DNA of 43,602 bases from Nitrososphaeraceae archaeon (GTDB lineage: Archaea; Thermoproteota; Nitrososphaeria; Nitrososphaerales; Nitrososphaeraceae): the NCBI GenBank assembly GCA_035250975.1, contig DATFEP010000010.1, positions 1 through 43,602 of the forward strand, in the 5' to 3' direction. This document shows, one piece after another, positions 21,309-32,426 of the stretch (position 1 is the first letter of the stretch; each line of letters begins with the position of its first letter). Below the pieces are notes generated by a model. The model did not search any database and was not told where the DNA came from. It worked only from the letters and a program-made list of their open reading frames with translations. The translations under genes and the position numbers were made by a program.

Positions 21309-21793
21309 AATATATACAATATAAAAACCATATTTATTTCAACTATTTGGTTTTTTTACTAAAATATATGATTACCATGATAAATACAAATTAGACTGTA
21401 ACGCATTCAAGAATAATCTCTTATATGTTAAATAATAGAGCTTTTACATCATTCCAAAAACATACAATGAAACAAGAGAGCATGCAGATATGGATTGTTA
21501 CACTTCATATGAAATGTTTCTTTCTAAAGAAAATTAAATACTTGTAAGAATAACAAAATGGTCAAGCAGATAAAAAGTGTTACACATTTGGTATGCTGAG
21601 CTGTTATCTATCTCTGTCTATCTAAAGGTAACAATTTATTATCTTTATCTGAGATTTTTATCTGGATACTTTTGTATACATTGATTAGTATTCTCATTTT
21701 TAAAAATACTATGAAATATTTATCAATTACCAAAAGTTAATTATTATTTATAGTTGGTTTATTAATTATATTATAAATTTTGAAAATATCATT

Positions 21794-22078
21794 TTATTTT
21801 TTGCTATTTTGTGACAACTGCAATTCAGAAGTAATGACGTTTAAAATTCCTGGAGATAATTTCCCATAATTTTCAATTAAAGAAGTTTTCCAAGGTTTGT
21901 CTACTTTATTGTCAAGAATTTCAAGCAAAAAATTTTGCCAAGAAGTAGAACCATATGCTTTGAACACACTAACATATAGATTTTTTATACTAATGTAAAT
22001 TTGTTGATGTTGCCAACAATATTTAGAAGATTTATCAGGCATCTCTACTCTATTACGTTTACAAATAATACATTTCAT
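21794..22078 (-). CDS. Small hypothetical protein with an N-terminal CxxC...CxxH
   Basis: MKCIIC...YCWQH; 94 aa. Confidence 0.6.
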   Translation of the reverse strand: MKCIICKRNRVEMPDKSSKYCWQHQQIYISIKNLYVSVFKAYGSTSWQNFLLEILDNKVDKPWKTSLIENYGKLSPGILNVITSELQLSQNSKK

Positions 22079-22465
22079 TGATAAAATAGTAAGTATTGCT
22101 ATTTATAAATAAAGTCGCTAAATTTGATTATAATACTTACAAATAGAACAAGAATGAAATTTATAAAAAACCTAAATCCGATTTCAAGAATTACGATAAA
22201 AAAATTAAAAAGACAGAGTTTAAACCAAGCAGTATTTCCCAAAATACTTCTTTACCTTCTTTCAAACCAGTAATTATCAAGGATCTGGTATTCTTCTGAT
22301 TGATGCCTCAAATGAATTGCAAAAGTTTTTTGCATGTTTAGAGTACATATTTAACTTTTTACTTGAAAACGGTGTCAAATGATTATATACAGCGTGTGTC
22401 ATAACTATTATACTTAGACAAATATTAATCTGATTTTTTTATTGTGGAAGACCTAATTATGTGGT

Positions 22466-22777
22466 TCATGCTAGTATGTATAAAACAACTAATTCTTTAC
22501 TAGTGGCATGAAATGAGTGAGGAATTTTTTTGGGAATGTAAATTATTTTTCCAGCATTAACTTCATTTTTAACTCCATCTATATCTATTGTTCCGCCCCC
22601 GCTAATAACGTAATAAATTTCATCTGAAGCGTGAGGTTTTTGAGTGTCATCTTGATTTTTCTTCAAGTTTATTATCCCAACTTCCATAGTTGGTGCATTC
22701 ATTACATCAATAAAATATCTAGATTTAGGAAAATTTGATAAAAATGTATCTAGATCAAAAATTTGAGACTCAGACAT
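22466..22777 (-). CDS. Cupin-domain protein
   Basis: QKPHASDEIYYVISGGG and IYIPKKIPHSF cupin motifs. Confidence 0.88.
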   Translation of the reverse strand: MSESQIFDLDTFLSNFPKSRYFIDVMNAPTMEVGIINLKKNQDDTQKPHASDEIYYVISGGGTIDIDGVKNEVNAGKIIYIPKKIPHSFHATSKELVVLYILA

Positions 22778-22870
22778 TTATAAAAAACATTTTAATATTC
22801 ACATAAAATTTTTTCTATTAGATTACAATAAAAGTATGAGATATGACCTTATTGCACTTGGTTGTTATGG

Positions 22871-22902
22871 ACTAAAAATTGTGTGAAAATCGGTTGACTA
22901 TC
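22871..22902 (+). repeat. Dispersed repeat A, copy 4 (core)
   Basis: ACTAAAAATTGTGTGAAAATCGGTTGACTATC. Confidence 0.75.
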
Positions 22903-23055
22903 GACATGATTGAGATGGAAGATCCTCTTGAGGTCCAGATTCAATCTTGCAGGGAATAAACATAAGAGTTCTAATGACTGACAATAATATTCAACATATC
23001 GATCTATTTCCTTATACTTGGTATTTATATATGTGTCATAGTTTTTTTCAGGATA

Positions 23056-23886
23056 ATGAAAAAAAATCTAATGCTATCGTTGTTAATTCCTATCTTATTT
23101 TTATGTGTAGGAATGATCTATGTAAACGCTCAAGAACCCAGTCTAAATAATAGTTGGCCAAATATTCATCAAAATGTGATAACAGATTTCAATTCAAATA
23201 TATCTTTTCCAACAATTAGTGAAGAGTCTTTCATTCATCCTTTCAGTGTTATAATAGGTGCATGTGAAATAAGTAAAATGGTATTTGTTGCACCAACAGC
23301 AGTTTGCAGAGGAGATGAAGGAACTCCAATTCATGTAGGTGAATCTTCAAATCTGCAGGATGGAGCTGTTATTCATGGTCTAGAGACTACTAAAAATGGC
23401 GCTAATATTGATGATAGGCGATTTAGCATAAATGGAGAAAGGCTATTAGGAAATGATTCTAGATTTGAGAAAGGCTATTCTGTATATGTAGGAAATAATG
23501 TTAGTTTGGCTCATGGTTCTCTAATACATGGTCCAGCATGGGTAGGCGACGATACTTTTGTTGGTATGGAAAGCATGGTCTTTAATGCAAAGGTTGGTAA
23601 AGATGTTGCAATTGGTGTTTCCAGTACTATAACTGGGGGGGTTGTAGTTCCAGATAATAAATTTGTACCTCCAGGAACCGTAATAACCACACAAGAACAA
23701 GCAGATCAATTACCGGAAAGGATAGGAAGTCCTTATGAAAAAATCAATAAAGAAGTAGTTCATGTAAACGAAAAATTTGCAAAAGATTATAATGAATTAG
23801 ATTTAGAGAAAATTATAGGCGAAAGAGAACAAGTAATGGAAGAAGGTATGTTAGAAACTAGTATGCCACAACCAAATTTCAATTAA
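23056..23886 (+). CDS. cam: Secreted gamma-class carbonic anhydrase (Cam type)
   Basis: Signal peptide; CRGDEG, NLQDGAVIHGLE and SLAHGSLIHGP supply the three metal His ligands and the R/D/E/Q catalytic residues of Methanosarcina Cam; hexapeptide repeats. Confidence 0.9.
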   Translation: MKKNLMLSLLIPILFLCVGMIYVNAQEPSLNNSWPNIHQNVITDFNSNISFPTISEESFIHPFSVIIGACEISKMVFVAPTAVCRGDEGTPIHVGESSNLQDGAVIHGLETTKNGANIDDRRFSINGERLLGNDSRFEKGYSVYVGNNVSLAHGSLIHGPAWVGDDTFVGMESMVFNAKVGKDVAIGVSSTITGGVVVPDNKFVPPGTVITTQEQADQLPERIGSPYEKINKEVVHVNEKFAKDYNELDLEKIIGEREQVMEEGMLETSMPQPNFN

Positions 23887-24347
23887 ATTAATTTTTTATT
23901 TTTAATAAAAAGAGACAAAAAAGAAATATAGCAAGAAATGAGTTCTAGCAATATTCCAAATATCAGAAATTCTATTAATAATAATTATAGAAAAATAAAA
24001 TGAACACTACTAACTATTATGACTGCATACTCCCATATATCGATATCCTGTAAAAGGAGAATACTGGGAGTTGCATAAAAGGAAGAAGCATGTTTGTCCC
24101 ATACCTAAAGAAAGAACAACAGCAAATGCAGCACTAAGAATTATAACCTTCTTATTTCTAACGATCTTCATATGTGCAACATATTTCCCATCTGTTACCT
24201 TAATTTTGATTTATATTGTTTCGCTGCTTTTAGCTTGAGATTAAATTTATCAATTTAAGCAGTTTAATTATGATATTCCATTTTCAAGTCGGTACAAATT
24301 TTCTCAACTTCAGTGGAATTTGATAAATTAAGTGAAATACCAAAAAT

Positions 24348-24914
24348 TCATATTTCTTCAATTGCTATTTCTACAGAATTTTTCCATCCTTTAACCATAG
24401 CAAAAATTCCAGACTGGCCTGGCATTGCATTAATAATATCATTTAAGCTTTCAAAAATACAATTATCAGTTGCTCTTAGAAATTTATACCAATTTCTTCT
24501 TAGTTTATCTTTAAAACTCTCCCATTTAGCTTTTTCTTCTTTAGATGGTTCGTTTTGATCCTTGTATATTTCATCAAAATTTCTTAAGGGATCTTTTCTT
24601 ATAGTTACTATATTTATCCAACATATATCTACCTGAATTAATTTAAGAATAAGATGATTATTGGTAAATCCATGTCGAACTAAAAGGCCATATGGTATAT
24701 TTGGTATTATCTCCATACACCTGTCAATATTCTTCTCGACATCTTTATACATTCTTTCATAGAAAGGAAGAAGAGGTCTCATATCATCAGAAATTATAGT
24801 TCTGAGGTCTCCATTTTCATTATCTATTAAAATATGAAATCTCTCTTTAGTTAATTTTAGGAAATCTATAAGCATTTTCTTTTCATATTCTTCATTATAG
24901 TCCACATCTTGCAA
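24348..24914 (-). CDS. Hypothetical protein
   Basis: 188-aa ORF, helical; no recognised motif. Confidence 0.6.
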   Translation of the reverse strand: MQDVDYNEEYEKKMLIDFLKLTKERFHILIDNENGDLRTIISDDMRPLLPFYERMYKDVEKNIDRCMEIIPNIPYGLLVRHGFTNNHLILKLIQVDICWINIVTIRKDPLRNFDEIYKDQNEPSKEEKAKWESFKDKLRRNWYKFLRATDNCIFESLNDIINAMPGQSGIFAMVKGWKNSVEIAIEEI

Positions 24915-25630
24915 TAAAAAAAGTAGTATTATAGCATATCGATCTTATTTCTCAATATTTGTGCTGCCAATAACAAACTGTCCTCGATAAATTTTCCAAT
25001 GTCATACTTGATCTGTTAAATGATCACAAAGATAAGTTCATTCTTTAGGTAATTACTAAATATTCTGCAAATATTAATATAAGAAACCATATCCCTATAA
25101 ATAGTTCATAAACTTTTTGAAAAATTTATAGGTATTTGAAACAAGGATTATCAAAAAATTTTAAAAGGTTATAAAATCATACGGAGTATAAAAAAATAGA
25201 ATTGTGAAAATCAGGGTGGTTCATGATATCAAGCGCTCGTTATTTCAATGAAGCCAGTCATTTTTTTCTGATAGTCAAATACAAATTGTTTAAAAAAACT
25301 AAGAATGATAAGAATGTCCTGGAATTTTCAAATGACATAATTCATGAAGTTCATACGACATAGATAAGAAAAGGTGTTAGTAAATAGTGTTATTTGCAAG
25401 GTACGAAAAGAAAAAAGAGAATTATCTTGGTATAGTAAAATTAGCTAAATAGCATAATTGTTTATAGGAGGATAATTTTTGGGCTATTAATCGTCTGCTA
25501 CTTCAACAGTTTAAATTTACCCATTGGTAAGATAAGTCCATTATTTTTTTCAATCGAAACTCTGTCGTAGTAATTATATGTTGCATCTTTACTTGTTCTT
25601 TAATTTACAGATCCTGATATTCTAATAAAA

Positions 25631-25945
25631 TTAGTATTTATGATACTCTCTATCGTGTTTGTAGTTTTTATGATCTTTGTAATATTTATGATTATGTTTG
25701 TCGTGATGTTTATGATCTTTGTAATATTTATGATTATGTTTGTCATAACATTTGTCCTTGTATTTGTGGTGTTTGTCCTTGTATTTCTTATCATATTGTA
25801 TCTTTATATTTTCTTTTTTGAAGAATTTGGTATCAGGATCAGCATATATCTTTGAAACTACCGGTGCTGTTATCATGCCACCAATTAAAAATGTAGCAGA
25901 CAATATGACTACTACATAAAAAGTATTTTTGTTATCTAAGAACAT
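25631..25945 (-). CDS. Small secreted His/Lys/Tyr/Asp-rich repeat protein
   Basis: Signal peptide, then KYKDKHHKYKDK and two DKHNHKYYKDHK units (42-bp period in the DNA). Confidence 0.7.
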   Translation of the reverse strand: MFLDNKNTFYVVVILSATFLIGGMITAPVVSKIYADPDTKFFKKENIKIQYDKKYKDKHHKYKDKCYDKHNHKYYKDHKHHDKHNHKYYKDHKNYKHDREYHKY

Positions 25946-26177
25946 CTTAAATTATTTATTAAAGAAACTTTTTAAAATACTTTCTAATCAAAGTTTCGAC
26001 AAAATTAGTAGAGAAAAGAATTCCGTAAATTTCAAACCTGGATCTATTGATTATATTGCCATGTTGTGTAACTCACATTCTTAACAAATTTAGCTAACTA
26101 GTTACAGTCATATCAAGATTTAGATCCATAATTTTATTTTAAGCTATGATTATTGACTACAATTATTTCTTGTTTTG

Positions 26178-26224
26178 AAACACAAAATTGTGTCAGAAAC
26201 AGTTGACTATCCTCCGTGCCACGT
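26178..26224 (+). repeat. Dispersed repeat A, copy 5
   Basis: AAACACAAAATTGTGTCAGAAACAGTTGACTATCCTCCGTGCCACGT. Confidence 0.85.
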
Positions 26225-26447
26225 ATATTAATAAGGTTCAATAATATTTTTTATTATATTGTTAAATTTGTTAGAAAACAAAACGTTTGAAGGATCGTTA
26301 TATGCAAATTTGTTATTTCAAGATTCCGAATTAACTTCAGTAACAAAGGTACAAATTGATGGTTAGGTAAAATATGAAATATGATAATAATATAGACAGA
26401 ATATTAAACCAATTAATAATTCAATAAAAAAAAGAAGGTAGATTAAT

Positions 26448-26894
26448 TTACCCTAATAGGTCAAAAGGTATTCTTTCTTGGTTGTTAAAGTTGAGGTTGA
26501 CACAGATATTTACTAGGTTCCTATCGAAGTTTATGCTATCTCCAACACCGTTACCGTTTTGTGTATTTGTTCCATCTGGACCTTCTCCTGCTTCATTGGC
26601 AGCCAAGCTATTTGCTCCCAACGTGGTCGGGTCTTGTATCTTGGTAATATCTATACCATTTACATTGACGTTACTGTTAACACACTTTATTTTCTGGATA
26701 TCTGTATGAGAGCTCTTTGGATCCTTTTTATCATAACTATATCTATTGTCGTCTTGGTAATAGCTATTGTCGTATCCGTATTGATTGTCGTACATTTGTG
26801 CCTGTGCATTTCCTATCATTGATGGGTTTAGAGCCAATAAACCTGCGGCTACCATCACTGTGATAGAAGCCAGAACTATCTTTTGATTGCTCAT
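26448..26894 (-). CDS. Secreted Asn/Tyr-rich protein
   Basis: Signal peptide ending AQA, YDNQYGYDNSYY low-complexity segment, and KIKCVNSNVNVNG / NICVNLNFNNQ Cys pair. Confidence 0.8.
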   Translation of the reverse strand: MSNQKIVLASITVMVAAGLLALNPSMIGNAQAQMYDNQYGYDNSYYQDDNRYSYDKKDPKSSHTDIQKIKCVNSNVNVNGIDITKIQDPTTLGANSLAANEAGEGPDGTNTQNGNGVGDSINFDRNLVNICVNLNFNNQERIPFDLLG

Positions 26895-27408
26895 TGTAAA
26901 ATTAAATATGAATTTAATATATCTGAGCTTAGAAGAAACATTACATGATCTTGTAATATTTAATCATTCTGAATAATCATCAAGAAAAAGAGTAGCAATT
27001 GATGTTTAGGTACGAAATACAATCATCTAGGTAGCAGCAACAAGGGATCTGGTCCAAGGAGAAAGAAATATCGCCAGAGCAATAGACTTGGCTTATCCAA
27101 TTTTTCAATGTAATCCCACCAAAATTTATGTTTGAGGGCAAATCATACTTTTACCAAATCTTATGATTGAGTTAGGAGATAAAGAGTCTTGAGCAGAAAG
27201 AATATGAAAGATTAACCCATAAACAATTTGAAGGCAATAAAAATTAGGTAGTAGATCAGAAATGTAATATTAGAAAATATGAAGAAAGGAATCCATAGTA
27301 TAGTACCCTAATCAATCTAAAACATGTAAAGAATAATATCATCTGTAGTTTCAGAAACAAATTTATCAATTTTTATTTTTTTAACATTTTAAATATTATT
27401 ATTATGTT

Positions 27409-28443
27409 TTATATGAGTGAATTAAAAACAAACGTTGACCCAACACTTGTTTGTATATACTTATGTGGCATCTCTTTAATTATTTCATTAGAAGCCTTCC
27501 AGCCGGTACAATGACATGGAATGATATACTTTGGGTCAATAGTTTTAAGTTCGTTAATTGTCAAAGAAATGGCTTCTTCATACCCTTCCCCTGTTAGATG
27601 AAATCCGCCGATAACTGCAAAAATCTTTTTAATTCCTGTAACTTTAGTAGCATATTTTATAGTATTTATTATTCCGGCATGACCACAACCACTCAGTATA
27701 ACCAAGCCCTGATTCTTTAGATTCATTACCAGGGCTTGGTCATCTTTAACAAGAGGATCTGGAATAAGAGGATTACTTTCATCTGTTGCTTCTTTGTATT
27801 GTAATGGAAATCCCTTCTCAAAAGATGTAATTCGCGGTATTTCTCCAGTTATTAATATTCTTCTATTTCCATTATTATACTGATTGTTATTATCTTCATA
27901 ATCTTTCTCATTATTATTCATAATTTTCTTTTCATATGGCAAATAATTCACTCCACTTCTTTTAATTATTATGCCGTTGACGTTTCTTATTGTTTCTTCA
28001 TTTAAGGAATCCATTTTTGCTTTATTGCCGTCAGGAAATACAATCCATCGTTTAAGTAATCCATCTGGATGCATTATAATTTTTGTTGGTTTGTTAATTC
28101 TTTTTAAAACACTTTCAAGTCCTGAAAAATGATCAAAATGCCCGTGGCTTAATACTATAGTTTCAATATCTCCAAAATTTATACCAAAGATATCTGAATT
28201 GAAAATGACACCATTTTCACTAACTCCAGTATCAAAAAGAAATTTATTGATTAGTTTCTCATTTTTGTATATATATGATATTTCTAACAATGCTGAAAAA
28301 CCATGTTCTGCAATTGGTGGTTTGTTAAATTTTTGATTGCTTATCATTGGAGATCGTTCCACTACTGGTGAGCTGGGTAATAATCTATCAGTTATATTAT
28401 CCACCAAAATTGTAATCTTTATATTGTCGACTTCTTGGAGCAC
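27409..28443 (-). CDS. MBL-fold metallo-hydrolase (COG1237-like)
   Basis: ITILVDN, AEHGFS, LFDTG, LSHGHFDHFSG, GCGHAG, GGFHL and PCHCTG. Confidence 0.92.
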   Translation of the reverse strand: MLQEVDNIKITILVDNITDRLLPSSPVVERSPMISNQKFNKPPIAEHGFSALLEISYIYKNEKLINKFLFDTGVSENGVIFNSDIFGINFGDIETIVLSHGHFDHFSGLESVLKRINKPTKIIMHPDGLLKRWIVFPDGNKAKMDSLNEETIRNVNGIIIKRSGVNYLPYEKKIMNNNEKDYEDNNNQYNNGNRRILITGEIPRITSFEKGFPLQYKEATDESNPLIPDPLVKDDQALVMNLKNQGLVILSGCGHAGIINTIKYATKVTGIKKIFAVIGGFHLTGEGYEEAISLTINELKTIDPKYIIPCHCTGWKASNEIIKEMPHKYIQTSVGSTFVFNSLI

Positions 28444-28755
28444 GCTCTGAAAATATATTTGTGAGGTATTTAATAAATATGTATGAAATTATTCTAAAAG
28501 GTATGTAGTTTTTAACTTCATAGTATAATCACCTCCTATAAGAAACAAATTAAATTTGATTATATTCTGGTCTCTTTCTCAGAGTTCCATGTATTTGTAT
28601 ATTGCACGTAAGAGAGAGTTAACTTAAAGAAAATAAAAAATTTCTTCTATCAAATAAATACGATTAAGTGACATACTAAAATTAACTTTTTGATATTTTT
28701 GACCATTTTCTATATAATCTAATAAGCAAATTTATAAATCTAAGGAACACCGATT

Positions 28756-29256
28756 ATGACAAATATGACAGCTAATGTAAATCCAGTACCAGATGGGTAC
28801 CATACTATTACACCTTACATAATCATAAAAGATGCAGAACGTGCGATAGAATTTTATAAAAAATCATTCAACGCAGAAGAACGTCATCGCATGTATGGAC
28901 CTGATAATAAGACTATCATGCATGCAGAAATTAGAATTGGAGATTCTGCTATTATGCTTTCTGAAGAATCCAAAGAAATGAAAAGCTTTTCACCTCAAAC
29001 TGTAGGAGGAAATCCAGTTTGGCTTTATTTATATGTTAATGATGTTGATTCGACTTTCAATCAAGCTGTATCTGCTGGGGCTACTGTAATTCAACCAGTC
29101 AACGATGCATTCTGGGGAGATCGTGTTGGTTCACTAAAAGATCCATTTGGATATCAATGGTCAATAGCAACCCATAAGAAAGATCTTTCACCAGAGGAAA
29201 TTAAAAAAGCAGCGGAGGATTTCTGTACAACAATGTCAAAGAAAGAGGTTACATAA
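28756..29256 (+). CDS. VOC/glyoxalase family protein (PhnB-like)
   Basis: VPDGYHTITPY, AIEFYKKSF, IMHAEIRIGDS and DAFWGDRVGSLKDPFGYQW. Confidence 0.92.
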   Translation: MTNMTANVNPVPDGYHTITPYIIIKDAERAIEFYKKSFNAEERHRMYGPDNKTIMHAEIRIGDSAIMLSEESKEMKSFSPQTVGGNPVWLYLYVNDVDSTFNQAVSAGATVIQPVNDAFWGDRVGSLKDPFGYQWSIATHKKDLSPEEIKKAAEDFCTTMSKKEVT

Positions 29257-29479
29257 TAAAAAGAAAGACATAAAAGAATAATATGAATGAGAATTTGTGT
29301 TTTGCTGAAAATTTTGTTTAAATAATAATGAAATTTTTTTACAAAAATATTATTCATATGTAATATTTCACATATATTGAAAACGCTAAAAATACTAAAT
29401 ATAAAAATGAATATGTTCAAGTAATATCGCAATAAAAGAAAAGAATAAAGTCGGACCAGTTATTTTCATAGATAAAATC

Positions 29480-30226
29480 TCATTTTTGGCTATGTAAATT
29501 TATTGAATAATGATCTAATCCTAGTCTGTTATTATTAATTGCAGAAGAAATGTTTTCTCCAAGCCATGTGTTGGTAGCAACATGATGATGATACCTATTT
29601 GCAGCAAAGAAATATGCACCAGGAAAAGTAGCAGTATGATTTAGACCCAAAATCTCATGATACAATTTTTTTGCTTTAGCAAGATAAGACAGCTGCAAAT
29701 GAACGCGACCTATGGAAATTTTGGGAGGAAGTTCATTCCATTCTATCCTTATCAATCGAATCTTTCAGTAGACCTTGTACATCCAATGGTTCAGTAACCA
29801 TATGTACTGTATAGCCTCACCATTTCCATTCTGAGGGAGCTATATCCCTGTATACTTCAATTCCATTAAAATCAGGATCATGTATGTAAATAGATTCTGA
29901 TACTGCATGATCTGCCATACCTTCATAATATTCAGGATTAAGATTTTTTGCATATGTTTAAGAAAATATAATAAATATCTTCTTTCTGGTAATCAAATTG
30001 CAAAGTGATATAGTCCTGCTACTCTCTGTTTCCTTTGAGGTTTGAGACCATTATTTAAGTGCAATCAAAAAAAAGATGAGTTTTTATTATCTGATGAAAA
30101 AAATGCAGTCTTAGATTCTCGTCTTACTATTTTAAATCCAAGGATGGACTGGTAAAATTCAAGTGAGTTTTCTAAATCTTATACTTTAAGATGTACATGA
30201 TCTACCTTTAATTTTGGATTAATCAT
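29480..30226 (-). pseudogene. CatE-like two-domain VOC (catechol 2,3-dioxygenase-like) pseudogene
   Basis: [62 protein letters not shown] and IGRVHLQ...YHHHVATNTW spread over several frames with stops. Confidence 0.88.
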
Positions 30227-30316
30227 TATTATATAGAGTATTATGACACATTTAAAGAAAAATAATTAAAAGGCGTACTGAATATAAAAAAAATTAATAT
30301 TTTATTATATTGAATA

Positions 30317-31288
30317 TTATTTTACTGCACTGAATACATGTATATCACTATCTGTCCCATCAGCTACATACGCATTACCAGAAGAATCTAGTGTGATACC
30401 AATTGGATCTTGAATTCTCTCAGATGCAGTACCTTGATTTCCGAATTGAGTAATATATCCTCCATCTCTATTGAATATCTGTACACGATTGTTATTATTA
30501 TCAACTACAAAGATATTATCAGATGAATCAATTGCTAATTCTATAGGAGTATTGAATTCTCCATTACCAGTACCTGGTTTACCAAATTTCATTATAAAAT
30601 CACCATTTTGGTCAAATTTTTGTACACGATTGTTAAAAGAATCTGCGACAAATATATTTCCAAGCGAATCTGTCGCTACATCTGTTGGATTTAAGAATCG
30701 TCCGTCTCCACTTCCATAAGTACCAAATTTCATTATAAAATTACCATTTTGGTCAAATTTTTGTACATTATTATTTTCTCCGAAATCAGTAGCATAAATA
30801 TTATTTTCTTTATCTACACCTAATCCACCGGGGCTAATAAATTCTCCGTCTCCAAGACCAAATGAACCAAATGAATTAATAAATTTTCCATCATTGCTGA
30901 ATTTCTTAATAGCATAATTAGGATTTCCAAAATCAGAAACATAAATATTATTTTCAGAGTCAACAGCTATACCAGCAGGATTAGTAAAATATTGGGGGCC
31001 ATTACCTAATACACCAAAACCAAGGATAAAGGTTCCGTTATCTGTAAATTTCTGAATCATATTTGAACGACCAGTAAAATCAGCAACATAAATATTTTTT
31101 TCAGAGTCAGCAGCAATTGCACCTGCCTGATTAAATTGACCAATAGCAACACCTTTTGTTCCCCATTTCATTTTGTGTTCATATTCTGTTGCTGCAAATG
31201 AAGATTGGTATGTCATACTATTCAAAAAAATCAAAAATGACAATAAAGTCATCATACCACTAAAAAAGAAGGTATTTTTAAAATTCAT
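30317..31288 (-). CDS. Secreted NHL-repeat six-bladed beta-propeller
   Basis: Repeated GxGxGxFxxPxGIAVDSxxNIYVxD..NNRVQKF units; signal peptide. Confidence 0.92.
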   Translation of the reverse strand: MNFKNTFFFSGMMTLLSFLIFLNSMTYQSSFAATEYEHKMKWGTKGVAIGQFNQAGAIAADSEKNIYVADFTGRSNMIQKFTDNGTFILGFGVLGNGPQYFTNPAGIAVDSENNIYVSDFGNPNYAIKKFSNDGKFINSFGSFGLGDGEFISPGGLGVDKENNIYATDFGENNNVQKFDQNGNFIMKFGTYGSGDGRFLNPTDVATDSLGNIFVADSFNNRVQKFDQNGDFIMKFGKPGTGNGEFNTPIELAIDSSDNIFVVDNNNNRVQIFNRDGGYITQFGNQGTASERIQDPIGITLDSSGNAYVADGTDSDIHVFSAVK

Positions 31289-31365
31289 AGAGTTATAACA
31301 AAATAATAGTATATTAACTATACCTATAAACTTGTAATTATTTCGATATAATACTTTGCTAATAA

Positions 31366-31400
31366 AAAATAAAATAAAATAAAATAAAATAAAATAAAAT
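31366..31400 (+). repeat. (AAAAT)7 microsatellite, poly-T terminator-like on the minus strand
   Basis: aaaat repeated between the 3' end of 31416..32039 and the NHL gene promoter. Confidence 0.8.
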
Positions 31401-31415
31401 TAATTGCTAGATTCA

Positions 31416-32039
31416 CTAGGATTTCTTTTCTTTATATTCGCTTTCTTCTAAAGGAATGCCATATACTGGATCAGTGCCAAAGTGATTATCTGTTTTTTTT
31501 GGATCAATGGATATAACACCAATATTATCATTCATTACTTGAATATTTACAGGAACTTCAGTAATGGGTGCTTCCATCATACTGATTGTTGCTGTTCCAT
31601 TAAATATTGTGCTGTTATTATTTGGATTTGAAACATCAGTTAAGATATAATTAGTAAGAGTATGTGTATGCTTTGCTGTTCCATCAGGTTTTATCATTTC
31701 AAAAGATGCATCAAAAACAGTTGAATTGTCGGTAACTTGACTTTGATTTGATAAATTGGTTTTCCATGTTCCAGATATAATCCATAATGGTTTTCCATTT
31801 TCGTCTTCTACCATACCTATTGTTCTTCCAAACAAATAGTCTCCTTCTACTACACCAGGAGGAATTCCCATTACTAGACCTACACTTGAGGAAAATAACA
31901 ACAATAATCCACCACTAGCGAGCACCAGATAGGCAATCATAAAAGAGCTTGTTATGGTATTCTTTTTAGATATTTTTTTCATTAGATTATTTTGGTTACC
32001 TTCTCTTATTACTATTTCTCTTCTATTGCCATATAACAA
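31416..32039 (-). CDS. Secreted/membrane-anchored hypothetical protein
   Basis: Hydrophobic N-terminal segment, WIISGTW, DGTAKHTH and DNHFGTDPVYG; the start is probably the internal MKKISKK. Confidence 0.75.
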   Translation of the reverse strand: MLYGNRREIVIREGNQNNLMKKISKKNTITSSFMIAYLVLASGGLLLLFSSSVGLVMGIPPGVVEGDYLFGRTIGMVEDENGKPLWIISGTWKTNLSNQSQVTDNSTVFDASFEMIKPDGTAKHTHTLTNYILTDVSNPNNNSTIFNGTATISMMEAPITEVPVNIQVMNDNIGVISIDPKKTDNHFGTDPVYGIPLEESEYKEKKS

Positions 32040-32426
32040 GAGTAAGTATGTTTGCTATAATAGGGTAAGAAGCATAATCAGATATAGTTGCGCCTAAATT
32101 GGCATACGTTCCTATCGTATATTTTAAATCCTACTAGCACCAAATGCTCCTATGGCTTGTGCAGAAAGAAATATCACAATCTGTTTTGGCAGTATATGTC
32201 CACTGATTAAGGATCTAAATGTTACTGCAGGGTTAAAATGAGCTTTTGATATCTTAACAAATGCCTTAACTGCCCAAGCGTCTATCCCTGATAATAGAGC
32301 CAAAGTCCACAATTCAGATGTACCAAAGTATTTGATTTCAATCACCTTAGGTGCTTTAGCTAAAAAAACTATAGTGAAAGTTCCTATAATTTCGGCAAGA
32401 AATATCTTTTGGTTAGATGTTAGCAT
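32040..32426 (-). pseudogene. Truncated MIP/aquaporin
   Basis: FLAEIIGTF, AHFNPAVTF (first NPA) and AQAIGAFGA; stops after about TM3 and the second NPA half is missing. Confidence 0.8.

Noticed and set aside
22915-22955. GAGGTCCAGATTCAATCTTGCAGGG as a tRNA 3' fragment next to repeat A
   Set aside because: It lacks a canonical GTTCRA loop and a paired stem; too weak.
11249-26224. Repeat A as a CRISPR array
   Set aside because: Copies are kilobases apart and degenerate, with no spacer-length periodicity and no cas genes.
27000-27310. Purine-rich coding-like stretch on the + strand
   Set aside because: All frames are interrupted and no family is recognisable.
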